NCBI GenBank assembly: GCA_023457495.1
Contig: JAEWLQ010000113.1
Coordinates: 19,629 to 83,628, forward strand
Source: Pseudomonadota bacterium
GTDB taxonomy: Bacteria; Pseudomonadota; Gammaproteobacteria; Steroidobacterales; Steroidobacteraceae
DNA: 64,000 nucleotides
Direction of reading: 5' to 3'
Shown: positions 18,262 to 27,278 of the stretch, piece by piece
Layout of the letters: the number at the start of each line of letters is the position of its first letter
Numbering within the stretch: the stretch's first letter is position 1
The notes under the pieces: model-generated
Seen by the model: the letters and a program-made list of their open reading frames with translations, nothing else
Database searches by the model: none
What the model was told of the DNA's origin: nothing
Translations under genes and position numbers: made by a program

Positions 18262-19292
18262 TTCCGCGGCGGCGCGGCCGGCGCGATTCCGAGCGCCTGC
18301 GTGGCGGCCTTCGAGGCCTTGACCTGCGTGGCGATGAACTTCACGGTGTTAGGCGGCACTTCGCCCACCGCCGTGACCTGATGGTCGTCGATGACGGTCG
18401 AGAAAGCCGAAGAGGATCCGACGCGCGCCGGACCCTGGGCAGTCTGCGAATCGGGTTTGCGCGGCTCGACGAATACGGACACGGATGCAATGCCATCGGT
18501 GAAAACCAGGTGGGCGACCGGCTCGCTCGAACCGGGCAGCGCCTGCGCGGAACGCGTGGCCATGCGGAAACCCGGAGGCAGCCTCATCGCTTCCCACAGG
18601 GCCGGTGGGGCCGCATTGTTCGCGAGGTGGCGGTCAGCACGCAGCCAGCGATAGCTGGACGCATCGACCAGGGGCTTGAACATCGAGTTCGGAATACGCT
18701 CGGGCAGATCGATGTTGGAGAACACGATCTGCTCGATGACCTCGCCGGATGACGTGCAAAGCTGCGTCTTCAACGGCATCGAGGTCTGCTCATCGATCCA
18801 CAGACGATAGCCATAACGGTATTCGTCACGCGGATGCAGTGCGACCACGCGGGTCATGCGACCGAGCAGCCGCTCGCGCTCGCCGCCGCGGATTTCGTAG
18901 ACCTTCGAGTCGCCCTCTTCGAACGCCGGCAGCGCGCCGAGCAGCGGACCATCCGGAGCGCGTCGCTCGACGAGCACCGTGCGCTTGTCGGGGAAATAGC
19001 AGGTGAGCTCGTCGCCTTCACGGATGAACTCGCGGCCCGAGCCGTCGAGCGACAACAGGCGTTCGGAGACTTCCTTGCCACGCACCCGGTGGATGATGCG
19101 CAGGGTCTCGACGCGGCCGCCGTGCACGTGCGTGAACACGCCGACGTAGTTGCGCGTCGTGAGCGCGTGATTCATGCGCTCGAGCCATTCCTTGGGTTCA
19201 GCGCCGATTGCGATTCCCACTCCGAACAACAATGAAATCGCGGCCAGTCTTGCCGCATTGCCGCGCACGCCCGCGTGCAAGTTACGGCGCAT
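18258..19292 (-). CDS. rseB: sigma-E regulatory protein RseB/MucB
   Basis: 344 aa with a signal peptide and MucB/RseB-type N- and C-domains by eye. Located in the rpoE-rseA-rseB order. Confidence 0.88.
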   Translation of the reverse strand: MRRNLHAGVRGNAARLAAISLLFGVGIAIGAEPKEWLERMNHALTTRNYVGVFTHVHGGRVETLRIIHRVRGKEVSERLLSLDGSGREFIREGDELTCYFPDKRTVLVERRAPDGPLLGALPAFEEGDSKVYEIRGGERERLLGRMTRVVALHPRDEYRYGYRLWIDEQTSMPLKTQLCTSSGEVIEQIVFSNIDLPERIPNSMFKPLVDASSYRWLRADRHLANNAAPPALWEAMRLPPGFRMATRSAQALPGSSEPVAHLVFTDGIASVSVFVEPRKPDSQTAQGPARVGSSSAFSTVIDDHQVTAVGEVPPNTVKFIATQVKASKAATQALGIAPAAPPRK

Positions 19293-20037
19293 CGTTCGCC
19301 TCCGCGTCCATGCCGACGTTCACTTCCGTGGACTCCGGAAACGCAGCCGAATCCGCGGGATCCGTCGCGACGAGTCCGAGGAGCGCGAGCCGGCGGGAAA
19401 GCGGGCCCGAATATTCGCTATGGGCGACGACATAGTTCGCCAGGCGGGCCGGCGGTCCGATGCTCGTCTGGTTGCTGGGCTGCGGAGTCACGTAGCGCTC
19501 CGGTTCGCCATTGGAAATGGACGCACCCGGCGCCGCGGCGGTCAGGCCGCTCGCCTCCTGGCCCGCTTCGACGGAAATGGACGGCGCCGCGGTGCTCGCC
19601 ATCAGGGGCTCGACGCCCTCCTGGTTCTGCAACCACAGGATCGAAACTGCCGCGACACCCGCGGCGATGCCGGCGCCCGCGACCGGACGCGCGAACCTCA
19701 TCCACGGCTCAGTGGCGAAGCCGGATTTTCCAGACGGCGTCGCGGCGATACCGCGGACGTTGGCGGAGGCTTCGCCGTACGAAGGCTCCTGGGCCAGCGC
19801 GTTCTGCACACGCCAGGCAACACGGTCATGCAACACGACCCCACGCTCGGCACGCAACGCCGCACCGATCATGGAGTAACGGGACCATTGCGCGCGCAGC
19901 GATTCATCTTTCACGAGGCGTCGTGCGAGTAATTCGCATTCGCCTGCTGGCAACTCCCCGTCGAACATCGCGGAGAGCTGGCTATCCCGCTCCGCATGCC
20001 GCTCGACTGGTTGCTCGCTGTGGCGCTCTTCCGTCAT
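19282..20037 (-). CDS. rseA: anti-sigma-E factor RseA/MucA
   Basis: N-terminal anti-sigma domain LSAMFDGELPAGECELL...WSRYSMIGAALR and a central TM. ATGA overlap with the rpoE stop. Confidence 0.88.
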   Translation of the reverse strand: MTEERHSEQPVERHAERDSQLSAMFDGELPAGECELLARRLVKDESLRAQWSRYSMIGAALRAERGVVLHDRVAWRVQNALAQEPSYGEASANVRGIAATPSGKSGFATEPWMRFARPVAGAGIAAGVAAVSILWLQNQEGVEPLMASTAAPSISVEAGQEASGLTAAAPGASISNGEPERYVTPQPSNQTSIGPPARLANYVVAHSEYSGPLSRRLALLGLVATDPADSAAFPESTEVNVGMDAEANDAP

Positions 20038-20642
20038 ACCATTTCCTCGGTGCGGCCCAGGCCGCCTTCAAAAACTTCGCGCAGGCGTTTGTCGATCGCT
20101 TCGCGCGCCCTGAAAATTCGCGAGCGCACCGTGCCCACCGGACACTCCATCGCCGCTGCAATTTCCTCGTAACTCAGGCCATCGAGCTCTCGCAATACAA
20201 TGGCTGTCTTGAGTTCCTCAGGCAGTCCTTCGATCGCAGAGTTCACGATGCCGCGAATTTCTTCCGTGAGCGCCATCCCCTCGGGCGTATCCGGATCCTG
20301 AAGCTTCGTCTGCACGCTGTGCGACTCCTCAGGATCAGTCAGGTCGAGGTCATACGCGATGGGACTGCGATCTCGAGAAGCGAGCTGATTCTTCGCCGTA
20401 TTGATCGCGATGCGGTACATCCAGGTATAAAAGGCACTGTCGCCGCGGAACTGCGGCAACGCCCGATAAGCTTTGATGAAGGCTTCCTGGGCAATGTCTT
20501 CCGCTTCCGCCGGGTTTCGCACGTAACGCAACACCAGCTTCACCACCTTGTGCTGGTACTTGCGCACCAGCAGATCAAACGCGGTCTTGTCTCCACGCTG
20601 TACGCGCTTGACGAGAACCAGGTCACTCTCTTCAACGGTCAC
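20034..20642 (-). CDS. rpoE: ECF RNA polymerase sigma-E (RpoE/AlgU)
   Basis: 202 aa. Region 2 FYTWMYRIAINTAKN and region 4 LSYEEIAAAMECPVGTVRSRIFRAREAI. GTG start. Confidence 0.96.
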   Translation of the reverse strand: MTVEESDLVLVKRVQRGDKTAFDLLVRKYQHKVVKLVLRYVRNPAEAEDIAQEAFIKAYRALPQFRGDSAFYTWMYRIAINTAKNQLASRDRSPIAYDLDLTDPEESHSVQTKLQDPDTPEGMALTEEIRGIVNSAIEGLPEELKTAIVLRELDGLSYEEIAAAMECPVGTVRSRIFRAREAIDKRLREVFEGGLGRTEEMV

Positions 20643-20670
20643 GGGAGCACCCCGGCTCCGTGAAGGCTGA

Positions 20671-20699
20671 ATAGACCCTGAACGCCGGCGAAAGTTTCC
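20671..20699 (-). promoter_or_regulatory. candidate sigma-E-dependent (autoregulated) rpoE promoter
   Basis: The minus strand reads GGAAACTT-N16-TCTAT about 30 nt upstream of the rpoE start. This resembles the sigma-E/AlgU consensus GAACTT-N16/17-TCtgA. Confidence 0.5.
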
Positions 20700-20771
20700 G
20701 CCGCCAGCGGGTCTAATCGAATGATTTTCAATGCCTCGTGACGCACTTCAAAGCCTGTGGGGCGGATGGTA

Positions 20772-21269
20772 TCAGCTTGGCGGGCCCGAACCCGGCGGCG
20801 GGCGGCGAGAATGGGTTTTCAGGTACCGGCAAAGCCTCCGGAAGGACACCGGATCCTGAACCGAGACATCGATTAGAACGAAGCGTACGCCAAACCCGGT
20901 CGACAGACGCAGTACCAGTACCTGGTTGCCGAGCCGAAAAGAGCCCCTCGCCAGTCCAGCGGGGCTCGGGGTCAGCGTCGGCCCCGAATAGGCGGTGAAT
21001 CCCCCGCTTTGGGACCAATCCAGCCGCCGCACCGCCTTCGACCCCAGCACGAGGACGCTGGACCAGCTGACAGGCAGGCAGATCCCCACGATGGCCGCGC
21101 AAATGGCCAGGCGCGCAAGAAATGGCAGAGCGACTCCGTGAAAAATCGCGCAACACAGGGCCAACAACCAACCGAACCACAGCAGCGCGGTGCGCCGTGA
21201 GGGGCTGATTTCAATCCGATTGCAGGAGTGCGCGGCACAACGCGGCGCGGCGTGGATCTTCGGGTTCAT
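20772..21269 (-). CDS. YgfX(CptA)-like inner-membrane protein
   Basis: Two adjacent TM helices (LLWFGWLLALCCAIFHGVALPFLARLAICAAIVGICL) followed by a soluble tail, directly downstream of sdhE as in E. coli ygfY-ygfX. The longest ORF overlaps the sdhE 3' end by 59 nt. True start uncertain. Confidence 0.55.
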   Translation of the reverse strand: MNPKIHAAPRCAAHSCNRIEISPSRRTALLWFGWLLALCCAIFHGVALPFLARLAICAAIVGICLPVSWSSVLVLGSKAVRRLDWSQSGGFTAYSGPTLTPSPAGLARGSFRLGNQVLVLRLSTGFGVRFVLIDVSVQDPVSFRRLCRYLKTHSRRPPPGSGPPS

Positions 21270-21450
21270 CGCCCGCGATGAGATAGCCGGCGATTTCAGG
21301 GTCGGGCAATTCGAGAAATTCGATGAAGGCGGCTTGTTCTTCGCTTGTCGCTCGAACGAATCGTTCTTTCAGATACCGCGTGAGGAGCAGGTCGAGCTCC
21401 TTCATCCCCCGCCGACAACGCCACTGCAAGCGGCGAATTTCAACGTTCAC
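21211..21450 (-). CDS. sdhE: FAD assembly factor SdhE (YgfY/CptB)
   Basis: RLQWRCRRGMKELDLLL...FLELPDPEIAGYL is the SdhE signature (RGxxE). Start placed at in-frame GTG (residue 93 of track ORF 21211..21726), 2 nt after the sdhB stop. 79 aa. Confidence 0.88.
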   Translation of the reverse strand: MNVEIRRLQWRCRRGMKELDLLLTRYLKERFVRATSEEQAAFIEFLELPDPEIAGYLIAGDEPEDPRRAALCRALLQSD

Positions 21451-21452
21451 GG

Positions 21453-22241
21453 CTAGTGCTGCCGATCGATCATCATCTTCTTGATTTCGGCGATTGCCTT
21501 GGCCGGGTTGAGGTCCTTCGGGCAGGCCTCGGTGCAGTTCATGATGGTATGGCAGCGATACAACCGGAACGGATCCTCGAGATCGTCGAGTCGTTCGCCG
21601 GTGGCCTCGTCGCGCGAATCGATGATCCACCGGTAGGCCGCGAGCAGCGCCGCGGGCCCGAGATAACGATCGCTGTTCCACCAGTAGCTCGGACAGGAAG
21701 TCGAGCAGCAGGCGCAGAGAATGCAAGCCGAGGGACGATCGATCTTTTCCTGGTCTTCCTTCGATTGCGGACGTTCACGATCCGGCGGGGCGGGCGTGCG
21801 CGTCTGCAGCCAGGGCTTCACCGCGGCGTATTGCGCGTAGAAGTTCGTGAGGTCGGGAACCAGATCCTTCACCACCGGCATGTGCGGCAGTGGATAGATC
21901 TTCACGTCGCCCTTCACCTCGCTGCATGCCTTGGTGCAGGCCAGCGTGTTGAGGCCGCCGATGTTCATGGCGCAGCTGCCGCAGATGCCCTCGCGGCACG
22001 AACGACGGAACGTGAGCGTGGAGTCGATCTCGTTCTTGATCTTGATGAGCGCGTCCAGAACCATCGGACCGCAGCTGTCCATGTCCACTTCGTAGGTGTC
22101 CATGCGCGGGTTCTGCCCGGAATCCGGATCGAAGCGGTAGATCACGAACTTGCGGACATGCTTCGCGCCGGCGGGCGCCTTGTGCGTCTTGCCGGCGGAC
22201 TTGTCGATCTTCGAGTTGGCGGGAAGCATGAATTCGGCCAT
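21453..22241 (-). CDS. sdhB: succinate dehydrogenase iron-sulfur subunit
   Basis: Trimmed to Met41. Three Cys clusters: [36 protein letters not shown]. Confidence 0.96.
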   Translation of the reverse strand: MAEFMLPANSKIDKSAGKTHKAPAGAKHVRKFVIYRFDPDSGQNPRMDTYEVDMDSCGPMVLDALIKIKNEIDSTLTFRRSCREGICGSCAMNIGGLNTLACTKACSEVKGDVKIYPLPHMPVVKDLVPDLTNFYAQYAAVKPWLQTRTPAPPDRERPQSKEDQEKIDRPSACILCACCSTSCPSYWWNSDRYLGPAALLAAYRWIIDSRDEATGERLDDLEDPFRLYRCHTIMNCTEACPKDLNPAKAIAEIKKMMIDRQH

Positions 22242-22252
22242 CGTCCTGCTCG

Positions 22253-24040
22253 TCAGTAAGTGCGCGCCTTCGGCGGAATCGGCTCGACGTCCGTCGTGAG
22301 CGTGTTCATGTGAACCGGGCGGTATTCGATGCGCGTCTTGCCCGCATCGTCGACCCAGCACAACGTGTGCTTCTGCCAGTTCGCGTCATCGCGCTCCTTG
22401 AAGTCCTCGCGTGCATGCGCACCGCGGCTTTCCTGGCGATTCTCGGCGGAAACAATGGTCGCGGTCGCCTGGCCAAGCAGGTTGTCGAGCTCGATCGTTT
22501 CGATGAGATCGGTGTTCCAGATGAGCCCACGATCCGCGATGCGCACGTCGGCGAACGACGCATGCGTCTTGCCCAGCGCCTGGACGCCCTCTTTCAAAGT
22601 CTGCCCCGTACGGAAGACGGCCGCGTCGCGTTGCATGGTCTTCTGCATTTCGAGGCGGATATCGGCGGTGCTGCGCGAGCCCTTGGCATTGCGCAGCCGA
22701 TCGAGCCGCGCGACGGCGAAATCGCCGGCGTCCTTCGCCAGTGGCGCATGCGACTGGCCCGGTTTGACCACGGTGGCCGCATGGCGGCCCGCCTCGCGAC
22801 CGAAGACGACGAGGTCGAGCAGCGAATTGCTGCCGAGACGGTTCGCGCCGTGCACGGAAACGCACGCGGCCTCGCCGACGGCCATGAGCCCCGGCACCAC
22901 GGTATCGGGATCGCCGTTTTTCATCGTGACGACTTCGCCGTGCACGTTGCAGGGGATTCCGCCCATGTTGTAGTGCACCGTCGGCAGCACCGGGATCGGA
23001 TCCTTGTTGACGTCGACTCCCGCGAAGATGCGCGCGGTCTCGGCGATGCCGGGCAGGCGCGCATGGATCACCTCGGGGCCGAGATGCTCGAGGTGTAGAT
23101 AGATGTGGTCCTGGTGTTTGCCGACGCCGCGGCCTTCCCGGATCTCGATGGTCATCGAACGCGAGACGACGTCGCGCGAGGCGAGGTCCTTCGCGTTCGG
23201 TGCGTAACGCTCCATGAAGCGTTCGCCTTCGGAGTTGGTCAGGTAACCGCCCTCGCCGCGCGAGCCTTCGGTGATGAGACACCCCGAGCCGTAAATGCCG
23301 GTGGGATGGAATTGCACGAACTCCATGTCCTGCATCGGCAGTCCCGCGCGCAACGCCATGCCACCGCCGTCGCCCGTGCAGGTGTGCGCGGACGTGCAGG
23401 AGAAATACGCGCGGCCGTAACCGCCGGTCGCGAGGATCACCGTGTGCGCGCGATAGCGATGCAGGCGGCCCGTCGCCATGTCGAGCGCGACCACGCCGCG
23501 GCAGGCACCGTCCTGCATGATGAGATCCAAAGCGAAGTATTCGATGAAGAACTCGGCGTGATGCTTGATCGACTGCTGATACAAGGTATGCAGCATCGCG
23601 TGGCCCGTGCGGTCCGCCGCCGCGCAGGTGCGGTGCGCAGTGCCCTTGCCGTAGTTCGTGGTCATGCCGCCGAACGGCCGCTGGTAGATGCGCCCGTCCG
23701 CCGTGCGCGAGAACGGCACGCCGTAGTGCTCGAGCTCGATGACCGCGGCCGGCGCTTCCTTGCACATGAACTCGATGGCGTCCTGGTCGCCGAGCCAGTC
23801 CGAGCCCTTGATGGTGTCGTAGAAATGGAAGCGCCAGTCGTCCTCGCCCATGTTGCCGAGCGCGGCCGAGATGCCGCCCTGCGCCGCAACCGTATGGCTG
23901 CGGGTCGGGAACACCTTCGTCAGGCAGGCGGTAGATAGACCGGCCTCGGCGAGCCCGAGGGTCGCGCGCAGCCCGGCGCCGCCGGCGCCGACCACGACGA
24001 CGTCGTAGGTGTGATCGATGAATTCGTATTCTTTGGTCAT
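22253..24040 (-). CDS. sdhA: succinate dehydrogenase flavoprotein subunit
   Basis: Trimmed to Met102 ([26 protein letters not shown]...). FAD-binding and HPTG motifs. 595 aa. Confidence 0.97.
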   Translation of the reverse strand: MTKEYEFIDHTYDVVVVGAGGAGLRATLGLAEAGLSTACLTKVFPTRSHTVAAQGGISAALGNMGEDDWRFHFYDTIKGSDWLGDQDAIEFMCKEAPAAVIELEHYGVPFSRTADGRIYQRPFGGMTTNYGKGTAHRTCAAADRTGHAMLHTLYQQSIKHHAEFFIEYFALDLIMQDGACRGVVALDMATGRLHRYRAHTVILATGGYGRAYFSCTSAHTCTGDGGGMALRAGLPMQDMEFVQFHPTGIYGSGCLITEGSRGEGGYLTNSEGERFMERYAPNAKDLASRDVVSRSMTIEIREGRGVGKHQDHIYLHLEHLGPEVIHARLPGIAETARIFAGVDVNKDPIPVLPTVHYNMGGIPCNVHGEVVTMKNGDPDTVVPGLMAVGEAACVSVHGANRLGSNSLLDLVVFGREAGRHAATVVKPGQSHAPLAKDAGDFAVARLDRLRNAKGSRSTADIRLEMQKTMQRDAAVFRTGQTLKEGVQALGKTHASFADVRIADRGLIWNTDLIETIELDNLLGQATATIVSAENRQESRGAHAREDFKERDDANWQKHTLCWVDDAGKTRIEYRPVHMNTLTTDVEPIPPKARTY

Positions 24041-24411
24041 AACGCGAGCACGAGGATCGCGAACACGCCGACGACGGCCGCGCCGGCGTGCACGAAGATC
24101 GAGGAAAGCAACAGCACAGTCTTGGCGCCCTTGCCGTGCACGTAGTCTTCGATGACCACCTGCACGCCGAGCTTCGAGTGCCACGCGAGCGTGAGGATCA
24201 GCAGGATCGTGATCACCGCGGTCCAGGGCTGCGACAACCAGGCGCGCATCTCTTCGTAGGACTGCAGCGAGTGGCCCAGCAGACTGATGACGAACGACGT
24301 CGTCAGCAGCAGCAATGCGACCGCCGTGACGCGCTGCACCCACCAGTGCCCGACGCCCTCGCCGGCCGCGCCGCGACCGAGTACTTTGCCGAGCGGCGTG
24401 CGCAGGCTCAT
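24037..24411 (-). CDS. sdhD: succinate dehydrogenase membrane anchor SdhD
   Basis: Trimmed to Met148 of track ORF 24037..24852. 124 aa with three TM helices. ATGA-type overlaps on both sides. Confidence 0.88.
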   Translation of the reverse strand: MSLRTPLGKVLGRGAAGEGVGHWWVQRVTAVALLLLTTSFVISLLGHSLQSYEEMRAWLSQPWTAVITILLILTLAWHSKLGVQVVIEDYVHGKGAKTVLLLSSIFVHAGAAVVGVFAILVLAL

Positions 24412-24806
24412 GGGATCGACTCCCCGCCCATTGCCTGGCAGGCGAACCACAGCACCAGCGCCGTCAGCAGCAGCGACGCGACGACCACCGCCGCTCCGCT
24501 GCGCCGCGCCTGCGCGCGTTCGAGCCCACGGCCCGTGTCCCACACCAGGTGACGGATGCCGTTGCAGAAGTGGTAGACGAAAGAGAACGTGAAGCCCACG
24601 AGCAGTAGTTTGCCGAACGCGCTCGACAGGCAACGCATCGCGGTCGCGTAGGCGTCGGGGCCCGAGGCGAGCGCCATCAGCCACCAGACGAAGACGAGGA
24701 ATCCCACCGTCGCCACGCACCCGGTGATCCGATGCAGGATCGAAAGCGACATCGTGTACATGAACTTGTACACGCCGAGGTGCGGTGACAGTGGGCGGGA
24801 AGGCAT
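24408..24806 (-). CDS. sdhC: succinate dehydrogenase cytochrome b556 subunit SdhC
   Basis: 132 aa. [12 protein letters not shown] and SILHRITG motifs, three TM helices. Confidence 0.92.
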   Translation of the reverse strand: MPSRPLSPHLGVYKFMYTMSLSILHRITGCVATVGFLVFVWWLMALASGPDAYATAMRCLSSAFGKLLLVGFTFSFVYHFCNGIRHLVWDTGRGLERAQARRSGAAVVVASLLLTALVLWFACQAMGGESIP

Positions 24807-24818
24807 CAGGACCGGTTC

Positions 24819-24977
24819 CTAGAAGTCGATGCAGCGACCATTTCTTTCCCAATCACCGAAACGAGTGGGTTCCGGACCCGGAGGGCCCCCGGATTCGCCG
24901 GGTTGCGGCTCGGGTGCCGGCGGCGGCTGAACCACCTTGGTGTTCTCGTCGGTGTCTGCGGGATGGGCATTCGGCAC
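24819..24977 (-). CDS. DUF1674 / SDHAF4-like small protein
   Basis: The C-terminus GGPPGPEPTRFGDWERNGRCIDF* is the signature end of DUF1674 proteins. It is buried in a 258-aa junk track ORF (24819..25595). Start set at in-frame GTG because third-position GC drops upstream. An ATG at 25058 is also possible. Confidence 0.65.
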   Translation of the reverse strand: MPNAHPADTDENTKVVQPPPAPEPQPGESGGPPGPEPTRFGDWERNGRCIDF

Positions 24978-25038
24978 GGGCGCGAATTCTGCCAGAATCG
25001 TCAGTTCCCGACCACTTGAAATCCCTGACAAAACAAAG

Positions 25039-25899
25039 ATGAGCAAGCCGGTTTGCATCGATCTGAGCGCGGGCGCCACCGCGCTGGGCGTGCTCGCGAT
25101 CCGCGGGCCGGATGCAGCGCGTTTTCTGCAAGGCCAGCTCTCGGCGGAAATCGAGAAGCTCAGCGTGGGCAAGAGCACGCTCGCGGGCCTGCACAACCCC
25201 CAGGGACGTGTCGTCGCGCTGCTCGCGCTCGCACGGACGGCGCCGGACGAATTGTTCGCCATCCTGCCTGGCGAGCTCGCCGCGGACGTCATGAACCGCC
25301 TGCGCAAGTATGTCCTGCGCGCGAAGGTGCGCATCGAGGACGTCTCGTCGAGCCTGCGGGTGATTGGCTGTCCGGACCCGCGGCCGGATGCACTGGCATC
25401 GGTCGAATGGGGCGGACGATGGATGGCGCTCGCGAACGCGAACGGCGACGCCGCCGCGGCAGACGAACTCACGCGCGCGCAGTGGGAAGAACATGATGTG
25501 CGAGCGGGACTTCCACAGATCTTTGCCGCGACCCGCGAAACCTTCGTCGCGCAGATGCTGAATCTCGACCTGTTGGGTGCGATCGCCTTCGACAAGGGTT
25601 GTTATACCGGGCAGGAAGTCATCGCGCGCGCGCACTACCGCGGCCGTGTGAAACGCCGGATGCAACGCTGGCGATACGCGGGCGGCGAACCGCTCCGCCC
25701 CGGCGACGCGGCGCGCGCTCCGGACGGTCGGCCGCTGGTGATCGTGCGGGCCGCCCCCTCCGCGGCGGGCGGACAGGAAGTGCTGGCGGTGGGCAATTTC
25801 ACTCCGGCGGGTGACGAAGCCCCCGCCGCGGGCGGCGAGGATGGCGCGGCCATCCGGCTGGAAGGTCCGCTGCCGCTGCCGTACGCCCTGCCCGAATAA
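25039..25899 (+). CDS. ygfZ: folate-binding Fe-S cluster repair / tRNA-modification protein YgfZ
   Basis: Trimmed to Met35. Hallmark KGCYTGQE motif with GcvT-like fold features. Confidence 0.9.
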   Translation: MSKPVCIDLSAGATALGVLAIRGPDAARFLQGQLSAEIEKLSVGKSTLAGLHNPQGRVVALLALARTAPDELFAILPGELAADVMNRLRKYVLRAKVRIEDVSSSLRVIGCPDPRPDALASVEWGGRWMALANANGDAAAADELTRAQWEEHDVRAGLPQIFAATRETFVAQMLNLDLLGAIAFDKGCYTGQEVIARAHYRGRVKRRMQRWRYAGGEPLRPGDAARAPDGRPLVIVRAAPSAAGGQEVLAVGNFTPAGDEAPAAGGEDGAAIRLEGPLPLPYALPE

Positions 25900-25904
25900 C
25901 GCGC

Positions 25905-27278
25905 CTAACTACTCACCCGCATCTGGCGCGCGAGGCGCCAGGCCACCGCCCCGAGCGAGAGCACCCCGACGCCGAGCGCGGCCCAGAGGACCGCGATGCG
26001 CCATCTGCCCGAGGGGGCGGGCGCCATCAGACGCTCCAGGCCCCCGGCGATCCGCGGCTCGGAAAGCTGTGCGTACGGCTGGGCGATCATCGCGTCCGCG
26101 GTCAGCGTGTCGCCCGGAAGAATGTCCGGCAGCGCGGTTTCCGCGTTCTCCGCGACGAAATTGCCATACACCAGCTCGAACGGCGCGGCGCCCCGCGCCA
26201 CGAACACCACCCGGTGCGGCAACCAGCCGGTGCGCAGCGCGGGAACACCCGCGCCGAATCCGCCGCCGCGCGGGTCGACGACCACCCTCCAGTAGCGGCT
26301 GGCAACCACGGATATCGCCTGTGGCGGGGAGCGCAATTCCTCGTTCGCCGCCTGCAGACGGTAGACGCCCGCGCGTGTCACGCGTCGCCACGGAGCGTCG
26401 TGCGCGCGGCGCGCGAAGTATTCGACCTGCGCGACGGTGTTGACTTCCGGTAGTTCGAGATCGAGCCGATCGACCGGCAACTGCGCGCCGAGATCGAACA
26501 GGTATTCGCCTGGCTTGGCGCCCGCCTGCCCGGGAACGGACTGCTCGCGCCTGGCGACCGCGACGTTGCCGGCGACCGGAGCGGCCACGACGCCGGTGAA
26601 TTCCGGCAAGGTGGCGCCCGGCGGCGCGCGCAGGCGCCAGTAGTTCGCGCGCGTGGGCGCGAAAGAAGCGGTGAGGTTCTCGAACAGCGCGCCGCCATGG
26701 CGCAATCGCGTCAACGGCACCGTTCCCCCAACCGGGCGCCAGCGCGCCAGGTCGTCGCTGGTCTCGAGCGTCGCGGACAGCGAAAAATCCGGCGCGGTCT
26801 GTGTTAGTTCGAACGTCAGCGATTCGACCATGGCATCGACGCCGCGCGCGTCGATCAGATAGGCGGCGAGCGGCGCGGTGGCTGGGACGGCCGCACCACC
26901 CTGCACTTCGAGGGACGTCGTATCGCCGCGAATCGTGAGACTCAACGCCGAGGGCGCCTCGGCCTGCGCGCCCCGCAATGGAAACTGCTGAAGCCGAAGC
27001 ACGGGCACGGGCCGCTCGACCTCGGAAGCCGGCCGTTGCAACGCGAACGGTACGACCTGGCCGCTGCCATTGAGCACGCGCAGGTCACGCATGCCCTGAT
27101 CGGTCGCATCCCGGTACACGGCGAGCGGCAGCTCGAACCACTGCAGTGGCGCGCCGGGCCACGGCGCGACCGTTGCGGCGTAGGCGAACTGGTCACGCAC
27201 GTTCTCACCGAGCGCCGGAACCGCCACGCACAGCGCGGCGAGCGTCGGCAGCCATCCCGGCCGTCGTTTCAGCTTCAT
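25905..27278 (-). CDS. DUF3999-like exported protein with C-terminal TM anchor
   Basis: Track ORF 25905..28658 trimmed to the Met giving 457 aa. Signal peptide MKLKRRPGWLPTLAALCVAVPALG, a beta-rich ectodomain, and a C-terminal helix IAVLWAALGVGVLSLGAVAW. ATGA overlap with the upstream gene. Family name is from memory. Confidence 0.7.
   Translation of the reverse strand: MKLKRRPGWLPTLAALCVAVPALGENVRDQFAYAATVAPWPGAPLQWFELPLAVYRDATDQGMRDLRVLNGSGQVVPFALQRPASEVERPVPVLRLQQFPLRGAQAEAPSALSLTIRGDTTSLEVQGGAAVPATAPLAAYLIDARGVDAMVESLTFELTQTAPDFSLSATLETSDDLARWRPVGGTVPLTRLRHGGALFENLTASFAPTRANYWRLRAPPGATLPEFTGVVAAPVAGNVAVARREQSVPGQAGAKPGEYLFDLGAQLPVDRLDLELPEVNTVAQVEYFARRAHDAPWRRVTRAGVYRLQAANEELRSPPQAISVVASRYWRVVVDPRGGGFGAGVPALRTGWLPHRVVFVARGAAPFELVYGNFVAENAETALPDILPGDTLTADAMIAQPYAQLSEPRIAGGLERLMAPAPSGRWRIAVLWAALGVGVLSLGAVAWRLARQMRVSS

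Noticed and set aside
20728-21180. Alternative 150-aa frame competing with the YgfX-like ORF
   Set aside because: It has no TM or other protein-like features and is rich in Arg/Gly/Pro. The 20772..21269 frame shows the two-TM architecture expected downstream of sdhE.
24819-25595. 258-aa ORF taken as a whole
   Set aside because: Only the last ~52 codons look like a real protein (the DUF1674 signature). The rest is Ser/Ala/Arg junk antisense to ygfZ, whose KGCYTGQE motif confirms the plus strand.
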